Source: an uncultured Spirochaetota bacterium | GTDB lineage: Bacteria > Spirochaetota > Spirochaetia > SZUA-6 > Fen-1364 | Assembly: GCA_963734545.1 (NCBI GenBank) | Contig: CAVTHO010000005.1 | Coordinates: 1-64,000, forward strand | Reading direction: 5' to 3' | DNA: 64,000 nucleotides | Shown here: piece by piece, positions 18,496-28,706 of the stretch | How positions within the stretch are numbered: the first letter of the stretch is position 1 | How the letters are laid out: every line of letters starts with the position of its first letter | Position numbers and translations under genes: made by a program | The notes under the pieces: model-generated | The model's input: the letters and a program-made list of their open reading frames with translations, nothing else | The model's database searches: none | Told to the model about the DNA's origin: nothing

Positions 18496-19173
18496 TCATG
18501 AGGCCGCGCCGTTTGCCTTCCAGAGCTCGGTAGCGCGGGAAAAGTGGTCGTGCAGCATCTCCACGGCCCGGGCCGGGTCGCTCTGGAGGCAGCGCAGGAT
18601 CTCGTCGTGCATGTCGGGCCAGAGCTTCTCGAGCGTGTGGTACGTCTTTTCGTGCATGAGCGTCATATTGACGTGCAGGCTGAGCTGTCGTGAAAACCTG
18701 TTCAGAAGGTCGTTGCCGGCAAGCCCGATGATCTCGGCATGGAACTGCCGGTCCAGCTCGATTGCCTTCTGCTCCCGGACATTCTCGTCTCCCACCTGGG
18801 CCAGCGCGCGCATCTGCTCGACGATGCCCCGCATCCGGGCCAGGGCGGGAGGGTCGACATTCCCCTGGCAGCGCAGCACGGCGAACGTCTCCAGCGCTTC
18901 CCGCAGCTCGTACACCTCGAGGATCATCCTGCGGGACGGGACCCGGACCCTGCACGCGCTGCGGGGCTTGATGCTCACCACCCCTTCGAACTCGAGGCGT
19001 TTCACCGCCTCGCGGACCGGCATGCTGCTCACGGACAGCTCGGCGGCGACTTTCTTGATGCTGATCGTGTCCCCGTAGCGGATTGCGCCGGTGATGATGC
19101 GGTCCAGGAGATTCTCGTAGACCCGATCCACCAGGCTGCGCGTGTCGATTGACTTTGTCGATTCGGTGCTCAC
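18496..19173 (-). CDS. GntR (FCD) family regulator
   Basis: VSSMPVREA wHTH, YELREALE, DRQFH. Confidence 0.9.
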   Translation of the reverse strand: MSTESTKSIDTRSLVDRVYENLLDRIITGAIRYGDTISIKKVAAELSVSSMPVREAVKRLEFEGVVSIKPRSACRVRVPSRRMILEVYELREALETFAVLRCQGNVDPPALARMRGIVEQMRALAQVGDENVREQKAIELDRQFHAEIIGLAGNDLLNRFSRQLSLHVNMTLMHEKTYHTLEKLWPDMHDEILRCLQSDPARAVEMLHDHFSRATELWKANGAAS

Positions 19174-19224
19174 CGTTTCACTCTCATCGATTCTTTCCTG
19201 TGCGTCAAGTCGAGGCCGCGCCGC

Positions 19225-19693
19225 TCAATGCCCTCCGCCGCCGAGCATCCGCATGGCGTGCTCCATGACCGGGCCGAGCACCTTCATGCAGAGACGCACC
19301 GCGTTCACCGAACCGGGAAAGTTCACGACCACGGTGCTCCCGTGCAGCCCTGCATACCCGCGGGAGAGCACGGCGGCGGGCGTCTCGAGGTACGACTGCG
19401 CCCGGAGCACCTCGGCGATACCGGGAAGCTCCCTTTGGCAGAACCTCATGGTCACCTCCGGCGTGACATCCCGGGGTGAGATGCCCGTGCCCCCCGGTGG
19501 TCAGGATGAAATCAGCGCCCGCAGCCGCCTCCAGGGCGTTCCATATTTCCCGCTCGTCGTCGGGCACGACCTGCCGGGAGATCTCGGCGGCCCCGTACAG
19601 AGAGAGGACGGCCTTCTCGATCTCGGGGCCCGATATGTCGGCGTATTCTCCGCGGGACGCCCGGTCAGAGATCGTAATGACAGCGACTCTCAT
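19225..19693 (-). CDS. mog: Molybdopterin adenylyltransferase MogA/MoaB (one extra G near 19492)
   Basis: ITISDRAS, DISGP, TTGGTG after repair, RDVTPE, NFPGS. Confidence 0.85.
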
Positions 19694-20556
19694 GGTCGAT
19701 TTCCCCTCCGCGCAGCACGCGGGCGAACACGCCTCTTCGGGGCATGACACAGTCTCCGACCGCGTGGAAGATCGCGCATCCGTGGTGACACTCCTTGCCG
19801 ATCTGGGTGATCTGGACGAGCGCCGGTCCCAGGCTCAGAAGTGTGCCTATGGGCAGCGCGCCGAGGTCGATACCCCGGGTCGTGACATTCTCCGCGAAGT
19901 CCCCGCAGCCGAGCTCGATGCCCCGGCCCCGCATGGTCTGGATGTCTTCATCCGCAAGGAGAGACACCTGCCGGTGCCAGTCTCCGGCATGCGCATCGCC
20001 CTCTATCCCGTGGCCTTCGCGCAGCGTGGCGCGCGCCACCGGCGTCTTCTGCACCCCCGTGCGGTCGGAGATGTTGATGGAGAGTATCGAAAACTCCCGT
20101 CTCACACCGGACTTCCCCTTGGTCTTGGACAAGAGGCGTATGTCGGTGATGCGCATCCCCTTGTCCGCCGCCTTGCACATGTCATAGAGAGTCAGGGCAG
20201 CGACCGCCACCGCGGTCAAGGCCTCCATCTCGATGCCGGTGCTCTCCGTGCACACGGCGCCGGCCTCTATCTCCACAAAGTCCTCGCCCAGCGTGAAGTC
20301 GACACTCACCTGGTCGATACGGATATTGTGGCAGAGCGGTATGAGCTCGGAGGTGCGCTTGGCTGCCGCAATACCGGCCACCCGGGCAACGGCCAATGCG
20401 TCGCCCTTCTTCAAGAGGTTTGCGCGGAGAAGACCAAGGGTTTCCGCGGCCATCAGGATCCGGCCCGCGGCCCGGGCCTCACGGTACACGCGCGGCTTCG
20501 AAGAGACGTCCACCATGACCGCCTTGCCCTGCTCATCCAGATGACTCAGAGTCCAT
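19665..20556 (-). CDS. moaC: MoaC fused to a MOSC domain (one extra base near the start)
   Basis: LSHLDEQGKAVMVDVS after repair, LIPLCH, TGIEMEAL, YDMCKA; then GDAHAG, RQVSLL, TQIGKECH. Confidence 0.88.
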
Positions 20557-20558
20557 GC

Positions 20559-21357
20559 TCATCCTCCGATCTGGGGCATTGCCCGGTTCATGCAGGCACC
20601 GCCGCGGCGCGGCTTGGAGAGAATGGCCTCCCGCAGGCTCTCCGCCAGCCGGGTGAAATCGAGAGGCACTTCGACGTCGGAATGGAGGCAGGGCTTGAGC
20701 ATGCCGTCCGCCATGAGCCGGATGCGGTTGCAGCTCGCGCAGGAGGGAGGCCGGTCAAAGGCGTACGTGTCCTGCTTTTCGCGGAAGAGCTCGTAGTGAT
20801 TGATGAGCTGGAGCCGCGCGCCGATGTCCGCGCAGAACTCCCGCATCCGGGCGATGTCTTCCTTGCCCGTCTCCGCAAGCACAACCATGTTCAGCTTGAC
20901 CGGAAATCCCTCTGCAATTGCCGCGTGGATTCCCTCGCGCACGTGCGTTGATCTCGCCCCCCCGTGTCAGCTCCCGGTACCGGTCAGGGTCCAGCGTGTC
21001 CAGGGACACGTTCAGGCTGTCCAGGCCTGCTTCCTTCAGGGGGTGCGCGTACTTTCCGAGATACGTCCCATTCGTCGTCATGGCCAGGTGCGCGAGCCCC
21101 TCGATGCCGGCGAGCATGCGGACGAGATCCACGATGCCGCGCTTCACCAGGGGCTCGCCGCCGGTGAGGCGTATCTTCGTCACGCCGAGTCCCACTGCCG
21201 CGCGTGCCGCCTCGGCGATCTGTTCCAGGCTCATGAAGTCCTCGTGCTTCCGCAGCGGCACGCCCTCGGCCGGCATGCAATAGCGGCAGCGCAGGTTGCA
21301 CTTGTCCGTGACCGAGATCCGAAGATAGGTGATGGGCCGCTCAAATCGGTCGAACAT
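20559..21357 (-). CDS. moaA: GTP 3',8-cyclase (one extra base near 20945)
   Basis: CNLRCRYC, TGGEP, CASCNRIR...C, C-terminal IGG. Confidence 0.9.
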
Positions 21358-22507
21358 CGATCTCCGTTCCCGCGGCGATCTCCGCCACGCCCTTCTCCAT
21401 CCTGACGAGCCCGTCAGCTTCCGCAAGCGCGTTCTGATGCGATGAGCCGTGGAATTTGACCTGACGCACCTTGCCCTGCCGCAGGCGGACAGGAAGGAAC
21501 TCGGCCCGCTCGGTGAGCCTGCGCGAGATCGTTTCCGCCACCACGCCCCGAACCGCCGGCGGCGCCCATTCTATCCCCATGAGCCGATAGAGAAAGGGCT
21601 TCACGAACACCTCGAAGATGACGAATGTCGAGACCGGGTTGCCCGGCAGGCCGAAGACAAAGCTTTTTCCGCGCCGCGCGAACAGCACGGGCTTGCCCGG
21701 CTTCACGGCAACGCCATGGAAAAGGATCTCCGCCCCCAGGCCCTCGAGGCAGCCCGGCACGTAGTCGAAATCTCCCGCCGACACGCCTCCCGTGAGAAGC
21801 ACCACGTCGGCCGAGGCGAGCGCCGCGGTCAGGGCCGCGGAGAGAGCGGCAGGCGCGTCCGGCACCATCTCGTAGGGGCCGGCAGGACAGCGCATGGCGG
21901 CAAGCTGGGCGCGGAGCTGGGGGCCATTGCTGTTGTAGATCTGGCCCGGACCGAGCGTCTCCCCGGGCGCGCATATCTCGCCGCCGGTACAGATGATGCG
22001 CGTGACAGGAGGCATTGCCGCGGCGATCGTCGCGATTCCGGAGGCGGCCAGGGTGCCGATATCCTGCGGGGCGAGCACTTTCGGCGCGAGCACCGTCTCT
22101 CCCGCGCGCAGGTGGGAGCCTTTCCGTATCACGTTGTCGCCGGGCTCGGGCGTGCGCGGACGGATGGTCCCCTGGCTTTCCTCCACGTACTCCTTTCGGA
22201 TGACCCTGTCCGCCCCCGGGGGAAGCATGGCGCCTGTCATGATGCGCGCGCATTCGCCCTTGCCTACCGCATGCGCGGGGACCGCGCCCGCGGCGATTGT
22301 CTCGCCGATGCGGTACTGCGCCGCGTTGTCTCCGGCTGCCAGGGCAAAACCGTCCATGGCGGATTTGTCGAACGGCGGTGAATCGATCGGTGACTGTACC
22401 GCTGCAGCAAGGACCCTGCCCAGCGCGTCCTCGATGGGTATCGACTCGACTCTGGATTCAACGGGAATGTCACGGAGAATTGCGAGCGCCTCATCGAGCT
22501 CTCTCAC
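21341..22507 (-). CDS. moeA: Molybdopterin molybdotransferase
   Basis: SAMDGFA, IMTGA, TGGVSAGDFD, KPGKP, GLPGNP. Confidence 0.93.
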   Translation of the reverse strand: MRELDEALAILRDIPVESRVESIPIEDALGRVLAAAVQSPIDSPPFDKSAMDGFALAAGDNAAQYRIGETIAAGAVPAHAVGKGECARIMTGAMLPPGADRVIRKEYVEESQGTIRPRTPEPGDNVIRKGSHLRAGETVLAPKVLAPQDIGTLAASGIATIAAAMPPVTRIICTGGEICAPGETLGPGQIYNSNGPQLRAQLAAMRCPAGPYEMVPDAPAALSAALTAALASADVVLLTGGVSAGDFDYVPGCLEGLGAEILFHGVAVKPGKPVLFARRGKSFVFGLPGNPVSTFVIFEVFVKPFLYRLMGIEWAPPAVRGVVAETISRRLTERAEFLPVRLRQGKVRQVKFHGSSHQNALAEADGLVRMEKGVAEIAAGTEIDVRPI

Positions 22508-22517
22508 GGATTGCCTT

Positions 22518-23531
22518 TCAAAAAAGCCGCACGGCGGACGCCTTGAAGGTTACCACGCAATCGCGCCCGGTTTCCACGCCGATCTCGCGAACAGCGGCCG
22601 GCGTGACGAATGCCTGCAGCGTGACGCCGCAGTCGACGCTGACGCGCAGGAGCTGGTCCGCCTGCTCGATCCGCGTCACTCTTCCCGGAAGCTGGTTTCG
22701 CGCGCTGGAATGCAGGGGCTCCGCTGAAAGTATCAGCTCGTCCAGTGAAAGAACCGCGACAACGAAGCTGCCCTTCCGGGCCGGGCAGCGAAGGAGAACG
22801 CCACCGGTGCGGAAGTACGTGAACATCTCGTCCGTCCCCTCCACGGATCCCTTGAGGATATTCTCGTCAGACGCGCGGACGCGCCCGGCCTCGAGCCGCA
22901 CGAGCCTGTCGCAGAGCCGGTATGCCAGCTCCATGCTGTGAGTGCTCATGACAACGGTGGTGCCGGAAGCCGAGGCTTCCCGGATGATCTTCTCGACAAC
23001 GGCGCGCGAGTCCGGGTCCACGTTCGCCGTCGGCTCGTCCAGCAGGAGAACCTGCGGCGCCAGGACAAGGGCGCGCGCAAGTGCAACACGCTGCTTCTCG
23101 CCGCCGGAGAGGGTCGAGACGCGCCGGCGCCCCATGTCCGCGAGGCCCACGCCGGAGAGGGCGGCCGCGCTCTTGCGGCATCTTTCGTCGCGCGGCACGC
23201 CCCTGATCTTGAGCCCGTACGCCACGTTCTGCAGCACCGTGCCTCGAAAGAGGAGAGGCGACTGGTGCAGCATCACCGATTCCGCCCGGACGGCGCGCAT
23301 GCCGTCCGCGTCGAGCGGCCGTCCCCGGTATGCGATGCTCCCGCTTGCCGGCGTGATCAGCCCGTTCAGGAGACGAAGGAGCGTGGTCTTGCCTGATCCG
23401 TTCTCCCCCACGAGCACGGTGACCCTCCCCTCCTCCAGGCCCAGCTCGTCCACCGAGACCACGGTGGCGTCGTCGAAAACGGCTCGTACCGCGGTGAGCG
23501 AGAAAAGAGGGGCGCGGAGCGCGTCACTCAT
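22518..23531 (-). CDS. tupC: Tungstate ABC transporter ATPase with C-terminal TOBE domain
   Basis: GENGSGKT, LSGGE, LLDEP, SARNQL TOBE; context with tupAB. Confidence 0.85.
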   Translation of the reverse strand: MSDALRAPLFSLTAVRAVFDDATVVSVDELGLEEGRVTVLVGENGSGKTTLLRLLNGLITPASGSIAYRGRPLDADGMRAVRAESVMLHQSPLLFRGTVLQNVAYGLKIRGVPRDERCRKSAAALSGVGLADMGRRRVSTLSGGEKQRVALARALVLAPQVLLLDEPTANVDPDSRAVVEKIIREASASGTTVVMSTHSMELAYRLCDRLVRLEAGRVRASDENILKGSVEGTDEMFTYFRTGGVLLRCPARKGSFVVAVLSLDELILSAEPLHSSARNQLPGRVTRIEQADQLLRVSVDCGVTLQAFVTPAAVREIGVETGRDCVVTFKASAVRLF

Positions 23532-24202
23532 GCTTCACCACCCAGTGCAGGAGAGCGTTCACGCCGAGCGCCAGCACCATCAGGATGATGCCCAGCGCCA
23601 GTCCCTGCTCGAACTCGCCCTTGCTCGTCTCCAGGGCAATGGCCGTGGTGATGGTCCGCGTGTACCACCGGATGTTCCCGCCCAGCATCATTGCCGCGCC
23701 GACCTCGCCCACCACCCTGCCGAACGCGGCAAGGGAGGCGGAGAGCACGGCCCCGCGCGCCTCACGCACGCTCATCCAGAGGATGCGGCGCCGCGACGCG
23801 CCCAGGGTGGTCAGGACCTCCGGGAAAAGCGGATCGAGGCTGCTCAGCGCGCTCGCCGTCATGGAAAGCACGATGGGGAATGCGAGAATTGCCTGACCGA
23901 TTATCACCGCGCGGGGTGTGAAGAGCAGGCCCAGGGGGCCCAGGGGCCCGGCCCGCGAGATGAGGGAGTAGACGAGCAGGCCGACCACGACCGTCGGCAG
24001 TGCCATGAGGCTGCTCAGCACGGCAAGGAGCGCCCGCCTTCCACGGAAGCGCTTCAGCGCGATGAGCACGGCGAGGGGAATGCCCGGGCACGCAGGCGAT
24101 GGCGGCCGACGCGAGAGAAAACCTGAGGGAGGTCCAGGCCACGAACCAGACCTCGGGGTCGCCGGAAATGAGCAGATGAAACGCTTTGCCGAGAGCTCCC
24201 GT
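23524..24202 (-). CDS. tupB: Tungstate ABC transporter permease (one extra G near 24085; start codon uncertain)
   Basis: PTVVVGL, GPLG, EVGAAMMLGGNI, TTAIALETSKG. Confidence 0.85.
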
Positions 24203-24218
24203 GCCGGCCCCCGTACCC

Positions 24219-25026
24219 TTATTTCACCGCGTCAGCGGTGAAAAGCTGCTCGCCCCCGAGGGTATAGTCGCGGATGATTTTCTGGCCCTGCACGGAGGTG
24301 ACCCATGCGACATACTGCATGGCAGCCATGTAGTTCACCTCGGGGTGCTTCTGCGGATTGACCGCGATCACGCCGTACGGGTTGAACAGCGCGGGGTCCC
24401 CCTCGGAGAGGATCTTCAGCCCGGACAGCTTGTCTTTCATGGCGATCCACGTCCCCCGATCGCTCAATGTGTATGCCTTGAGGTTGTTGGACATGATGAG
24501 CACTTCGCCCATGCCCTGGCCGACCTCCTTGTACCAGGAGCCCCTGGGCTTTATGGACGCAGCCGCCCATATGTCCAGCTCTTTCGCATTGGTGCCCGAG
24601 GCATCACCGCGGGACACAAAGGGGGCACCCGCGGAGGCAATCCGGGCAAACACATCCGCGGTGGACTTTGCGGCCGTGACCTTCGCGGGGTCCTCTATCG
24701 GACCGAGGACGACGAAGTCATTGTGCATGACGTCCCTGCGGTTCACCCCGAATCCCTGCGCCACGAACCGGTCTTCCGCCTTGCGGTCGTGCACCAGGAC
24801 GACATCCACGTCGCCGTTCTCTCCCAGCTTGATCGCCTTGCCCGGTGCCCACGGCGATCACGTCCACGGTGATGCCGGTGAGCTTTTCAAAGGGAGGATT
24901 GAGGAGGGACAGGAGCCCGCTGTCCATGGTGCTCGTGGTCGTGGCGAGCCGCAGGCGCACGGTCTGCGCGGAGAGCGGCGCCAGGATCGCGCACAGGACG
25001 AGCGCGACCAGCATCATTTTTTTCAT
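24219..25026 (-). CDS. tupA: Tungstate-binding protein (one extra G near 24842)
   Basis: Signal peptide; TupA signature TTTS; DSGLL, SRGDASGT, NPYGVIAVNP. Confidence 0.9.
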
Positions 25027-25035
25027 CGTTTACCT

Positions 25036-25149
25036 CTCGCCTTTCCAAGTGTGGGAGGCGCGCCAGTTTCCCGACGCACCCTTTGAGGCCGCGCGCGGCC
25101 CCTGTCGGCAGGTCGCCATCTGTGGCATCAGGCGATTCTGCTCGGCGAA
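25036..25149 (-). ncRNA. Moco riboswitch-like RNA (molybdenum cofactor motif, P3 present)
   Basis: P1 UUCGCC/GGCGAG overlapping the RBS, GAG linker, P2 with CCUGA/AUGG, P3 GGGGCCG/CGGCCUC, 11-bp P4 with GAAA tetraloop, P5 CCA-CACU-UGG, and the signature GCCUCCC...UGGAAAGG. Confidence 0.85.
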
Positions 25150-25163
25150 GTTTCTATGCAGGG

Positions 25164-25192
25164 ATAGTAGCCGCCGAGACGCGCATCGTCAA
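25164..25192 (-). promoter_or_regulatory. Sigma70 promoter of the tup-moe-moa operon
   Basis: TTGACG-17-TACTAT immediately upstream of the riboswitch. Confidence 0.75.
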
Positions 25193-25301
25193 GAAGAGCA
25201 GGATGGGAGCATAGCGTGCACCTGGGTCTTTTCGACGAATTTTGAAGCGTAGGTGCAGAATTCGGCGTTTTCCCAATGGCCGAGGGGAGTGATCACGGAA
25301 A

Positions 25302-25859
25302 ATGGCGGCGTGGCAGATACCTCAGGCGCAAGACCTGCTGCGGGAAATATCCGCTCGAAACGGGCAGTCGCTGAATGCCTCTGAGATCGGGAGGCGGCTG
25401 GGTCTCTCCTGCCATGCCGTGCAGCATCGAATTGCAGCGCTGGAAGAAGCCGGTGTGATCCGTATCCTGCCCTCCCTTGCTCACCGGCTCACGGAACGCA
25501 TCACGACGACTTACAAAGCCATGGACTCCTCAGCCCGGTTTTTCCAGTGGGAAGCAGGAAGGGTGAAGCGGATCGACCTGGCCATATCTTCTCCACGAGA
25601 GACGGTTGGGTTTCTGTTCATGGAAAGCCCGGCTCTCCACAAAAGGGATTGGGGGGCGCTGCGCGTCGGCTTCGCGCGAGGGATACTGGATCGAGGGTTT
25701 GTCGTGCACGGCGGTTCTCAAGCTTTCCTGACCGCGCGTGTGATCATCGCCCTGCCCATCCAGGAGTTCCTTAGTAATCTCGACCAGTGGCTTGCGTGCC
25801 GCAGTTTTCGGGAGGCACATGTCCTTTTGTCAGTATTATCTATGCGGGGGTGCACATGA
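25302..25859 (+). CDS. wHTH plus degenerate PD-(D/E)XK-like domain, resembling the C-terminal half of AAA+/DUF4143 proteins
   Basis: GQSLNASEIGRRLGLS...ALEEAGVIRILP; FFQW...IDLAI...VGFLFM...GFVVHGG...IIALP. Confidence 0.5.
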   Translation: MAAWQIPQAQDLLREISARNGQSLNASEIGRRLGLSCHAVQHRIAALEEAGVIRILPSLAHRLTERITTTYKAMDSSARFFQWEAGRVKRIDLAISSPRETVGFLFMESPALHKRDWGALRVGFARGILDRGFVVHGGSQAFLTARVIIALPIQEFLSNLDQWLACRSFREAHVLLSVLSMRGCT

Positions 25860-26065
25860 AGCTCAGCGCGCGCAATCAGCTCAAGGGACGGGTCGTGGAA
25901 GTAAAGAACGGGGCCGTGATGTCCAGCGTCAAGCTCGACATAGGGGCCGGGAACACGATCACCGCCTATATCGGGAAAGAGAGTGTCGAGGACCTCGGCT
26001 TGAAGGTCGGAGACAATGCCGTGGCCATAATCAAGTCCACGGAGGTCATCGTCGGGAAGGAATAG
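25856..26065 (+). CDS. Mop/TOBE molybdate-tungstate binding protein (molbindin)
   Basis: MKLSARNQLKG...AIIKSTEV; ATGA overlap with the upstream ORF. Confidence 0.92.
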   Translation: MKLSARNQLKGRVVEVKNGAVMSSVKLDIGAGNTITAYIGKESVEDLGLKVGDNAVAIIKSTEVIVGKE

Positions 26066-26897
26066 CCTTCCTTTCCAGGGAGAAGATGCCTCTTTCCCTG
26101 CCGAGAACCAGGACAGCCTCGAGGACCGCCCTGCCAATGGTACGCGCCTTGTCCGAGATCGTCTCGGTATATGAACCCTGGCCGCGGGGATCTATGTCTC
26201 CGATCTTCAAGCCTGCCGTGACATTGAGGCCCTCGTGGATCAGGCCGCGCACGCAGCCGTCCAGGGGCGCCGCTACCGGCACGCTGCCGACGGTCAGGAC
26301 CGTCTCACCGTGACGCACCAGATCGCCGATCCGCTTCAGCAACGTCACCCTGCCCGCTGCAGGCGCCTTGAGAATCCTTTCGCTCGTTCTGCCCGCGATT
26401 TCCCCGGGCACCCCTGTATCCGGCTGTGCGCTGCCTGCAGAGAGGATGCGGCCCAGCTCGTGGCCCCGCATGGTTTCGATCACTGCATCCACATCGATGC
26501 CTGCGCGGAAGCCGGGGCCCAGGCCGATCACGACCGGAGCGAAGCTCCTCGTTGTTCCGAGGTTTTTCTTGGCGAGAATCGCATCAACGACAACGTCCGG
26601 CACAAAGCTCCTGCGTATCTCGGACCCGGGATCGACCACGACCGCTATCCGTCCCTGGGACAGAACAGCCGCCATGCTTTCCTCTCCTGCCAGCTCTGCC
26701 GTGGTTCCTTCGACAGTCTGGCTTCCATTGAAGACCGCCTCGGCGAAGGAAACGGTGCGGCGGATCACCGTGGGCTCGGCCTGCTCGGTCATGACGACTG
26801 CGAATCCGGCGTGGTGCAAGGCAAGGGCGACCCCGGTGGCGCAGTCTCCTGCCCCCCTGATGAGGGCTCTCAGGGTTTCAGTCGGCTGCGGTCTCAT
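26046..26897 (-). CDS. yqeB: Selenium-dependent molybdenum hydroxylase system protein YqeB
   Basis: RGAGDCATG, IRRTVSF, DAILAKKNLGT, IETMRGH, KIGDIDPR, ISDKA. Confidence 0.9.
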   Translation of the reverse strand: MRPQPTETLRALIRGAGDCATGVALALHHAGFAVVMTEQAEPTVIRRTVSFAEAVFNGSQTVEGTTAELAGEESMAAVLSQGRIAVVVDPGSEIRRSFVPDVVVDAILAKKNLGTTRSFAPVVIGLGPGFRAGIDVDAVIETMRGHELGRILSAGSAQPDTGVPGEIAGRTSERILKAPAAGRVTLLKRIGDLVRHGETVLTVGSVPVAAPLDGCVRGLIHEGLNVTAGLKIGDIDPRGQGSYTETISDKARTIGRAVLEAVLVLGRERGIFSLERKAIPSRR

Positions 26898-27642
26898 ACA
26901 CTCTTTCCTTCCACCAGGAGAGGAGCGTGCCCTCGATTCCATGGCCGCGCCTGAGGTCGCGGAGAAATGTCCCGGCCGTTTTCCGTTTCTGTTCGAGGTC
27001 TCCCTGGTTCACGATGAGGTGAAAATCCATGCCCGGCAGAACCCCTTTCCTGCACGCCCGCGCGTCGGCGGCAAGCAGCACGAGGGCCGGGGCATCGAGG
27101 ACACCGCGCGCGCTGCCCAGCAGGGCCATCACCCCCTCGGGATTGTAGCATCGCTCGGCGTCGACGCTCTCGTCGAACGCGCTGGCCCCCATGAGCGCAA
27201 AGACCTCGCTCGTGTTTGCCGGTATGACGGGTTCCCTGTCCATGGGGGCCTTGATCGGCTTTCTCCTGGACCCGTCTCCCTCCACGAGGAGCACAAGATC
27301 CACCGGAACCGCAAGACGCTCTATCCTGGCGTGATCGAGTCCGGCGTGCTTGCCGCCGTCTTCGATCACGCCGCCCGAGATGACCATGACCGGTTCTTCC
27401 GACAGGATGCAGCGGAGCAGCTCCGCGTCATCCCGGGCCGTGGCTGTCGGATAAGCGAGGAACTCTTCGACCCCGATTCTCGTTGTCGTGGTCATGCGCG
27501 CGCGGATCCCCCGCCGGGAAATGAATTCCGCGATCTTCCGCATACCGGTGGATTTGCCTCCCGCGCCGACCAGCGTGTAGACCCTGCCCGGGCGAAAGTG
27601 CCGCGAAATGAATTCCGCGTACGCTTCTTCGGGCTTCCCCAT
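26878..27642 (-). CDS. yqeC: Selenium cofactor biosynthesis protein YqeC
   Basis: VGAGGKST, TTTT, VEGDGSRRKPIKAP..EPVIP. Confidence 0.88.
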   Translation of the reverse strand: MGKPEEAYAEFISRHFRPGRVYTLVGAGGKSTGMRKIAEFISRRGIRARMTTTTRIGVEEFLAYPTATARDDAELLRCILSEEPVMVISGGVIEDGGKHAGLDHARIERLAVPVDLVLLVEGDGSRRKPIKAPMDREPVIPANTSEVFALMGASAFDESVDAERCYNPEGVMALLGSARGVLDAPALVLLAADARACRKGVLPGMDFHLIVNQGDLEQKRKTAGTFLRDLRRGHGIEGTLLSWWKERVYETAAD

Positions 27643-28706
27643 CAGTGAAGCCGGCCGCCGCGCCCTTCCGCGCCGCTGAGGCTGCCCGTGCGGCCCGCGT
27701 TCCTGCGAACCGCCACCAGCTCGGCGAGAATCGAAACGGCGATTTCCGCCGGGGTCTCTGCCTTGATGTCCAGCCCGATGGGGGAGTGAATGGCCGCGAC
27801 TTTCTCCGGGGGAAAACCGTCTTCCCGCAGTTGATCGAGCAGGATCTTCGCCTTGCGCGTGCTGCCGATGAACCCCGCGTAGTGATAGGTGCGCCCGAGG
27901 ATCGCCCGGATGCATTCCAGGTCGCTCGCCTTGCCCCGGGTGACGATCACGACGTAGGAGGCCGAATCCAGGGGAAACTCCCGTGCGACATCCGCGTAGG
28001 TCCCGCAGATCGTCTTCACCCCCGGCGGAAACCTTTCGGGGGAAAGGAGCGCCTTCCTGTCATCCGCTATCGTCACCTTGAAGTCGAGCTCTGCTGCCAT
28101 GACGGCAACCGAGCGCCCCACGTGTCCCCCGCCCAGGATCAGGAGCTTCTCTTCCGGAAATATCGGATCATAGAAGAGACCCGCTTCCCGGGAAAAGGCG
28201 GGTTTCCCGGTCCGCAGGCATTGCGCCGCGGTTTCCTCGTCCGGGTGAGCATCCGTCCCCTGCAGGAGCACGCCGCCTTCGTCATGGACCGCGATCGTGA
28301 CTGCCGCGGGAGACGCCTCGGCAGGTCCCTCCAGCTTCTTGACGAGCAGGACCTTCTCTCCCTTTTCCAGCCGCTGGAGCAGCGCCGCATAAAGCGCGGT
28401 GTCGGGGACATATTCGACCAGCAGCCGGCAGGTCCCGCCGCAGACCATCTCGTCCCCCTCGGCCTCTGTTCCCAGCATTTCCACGGTCAGGGCATCCGAG
28501 CGTTTTCTCCCGATGCTCTGCACCGCCAGCTGGATCGCGGATGCCTCGCCTTTGCCGCCTCCCACTGTGCCGACAATGGCGCCCGTGCTGCGCACGAGCA
28601 TTTTCGATCCCGGGTGCCGCGGCACGGAACCCTGCACGTCGATCACGGTCACGAGCGCCGTGTCTCCCTTGCTCTGGGCCAGGGCCCTGAAGATCTCGTA
28701 GCTCAT
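27642..28706 (-). CDS. xdhC: XdhC/CoxF family molybdoenzyme accessory protein
   Basis: GSVPR, GTVGGG, VCGG, GGGHVG, IGS, PIGLDIKAETPAEIAVSI. Confidence 0.88.
   Translation of the reverse strand: MSYEIFRALAQSKGDTALVTVIDVQGSVPRHPGSKMLVRSTGAIVGTVGGGKGEASAIQLAVQSIGRKRSDALTVEMLGTEAEGDEMVCGGTCRLLVEYVPDTALYAALLQRLEKGEKVLLVKKLEGPAEASPAAVTIAVHDEGGVLLQGTDAHPDEETAAQCLRTGKPAFSREAGLFYDPIFPEEKLLILGGGHVGRSVAVMAAELDFKVTIADDRKALLSPERFPPGVKTICGTYADVAREFPLDSASYVVIVTRGKASDLECIRAILGRTYHYAGFIGSTRKAKILLDQLREDGFPPEKVAAIHSPIGLDIKAETPAEIAVSILAELVAVRRNAGRTGSLSGAEGRGGRLH

Noticed and set aside
19144-19192. Three AATCGA repeats around the GntR start as an operator
   Set aside because: Short, partly coding and with no second site found; too weak to call
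19225-25026. Moco and tup genes as pseudogenes or programmed frameshifts
   Set aside because: All breaks are single-base insertions without shared slippery motifs or nonsense decay; sequencing error is more parsimonious
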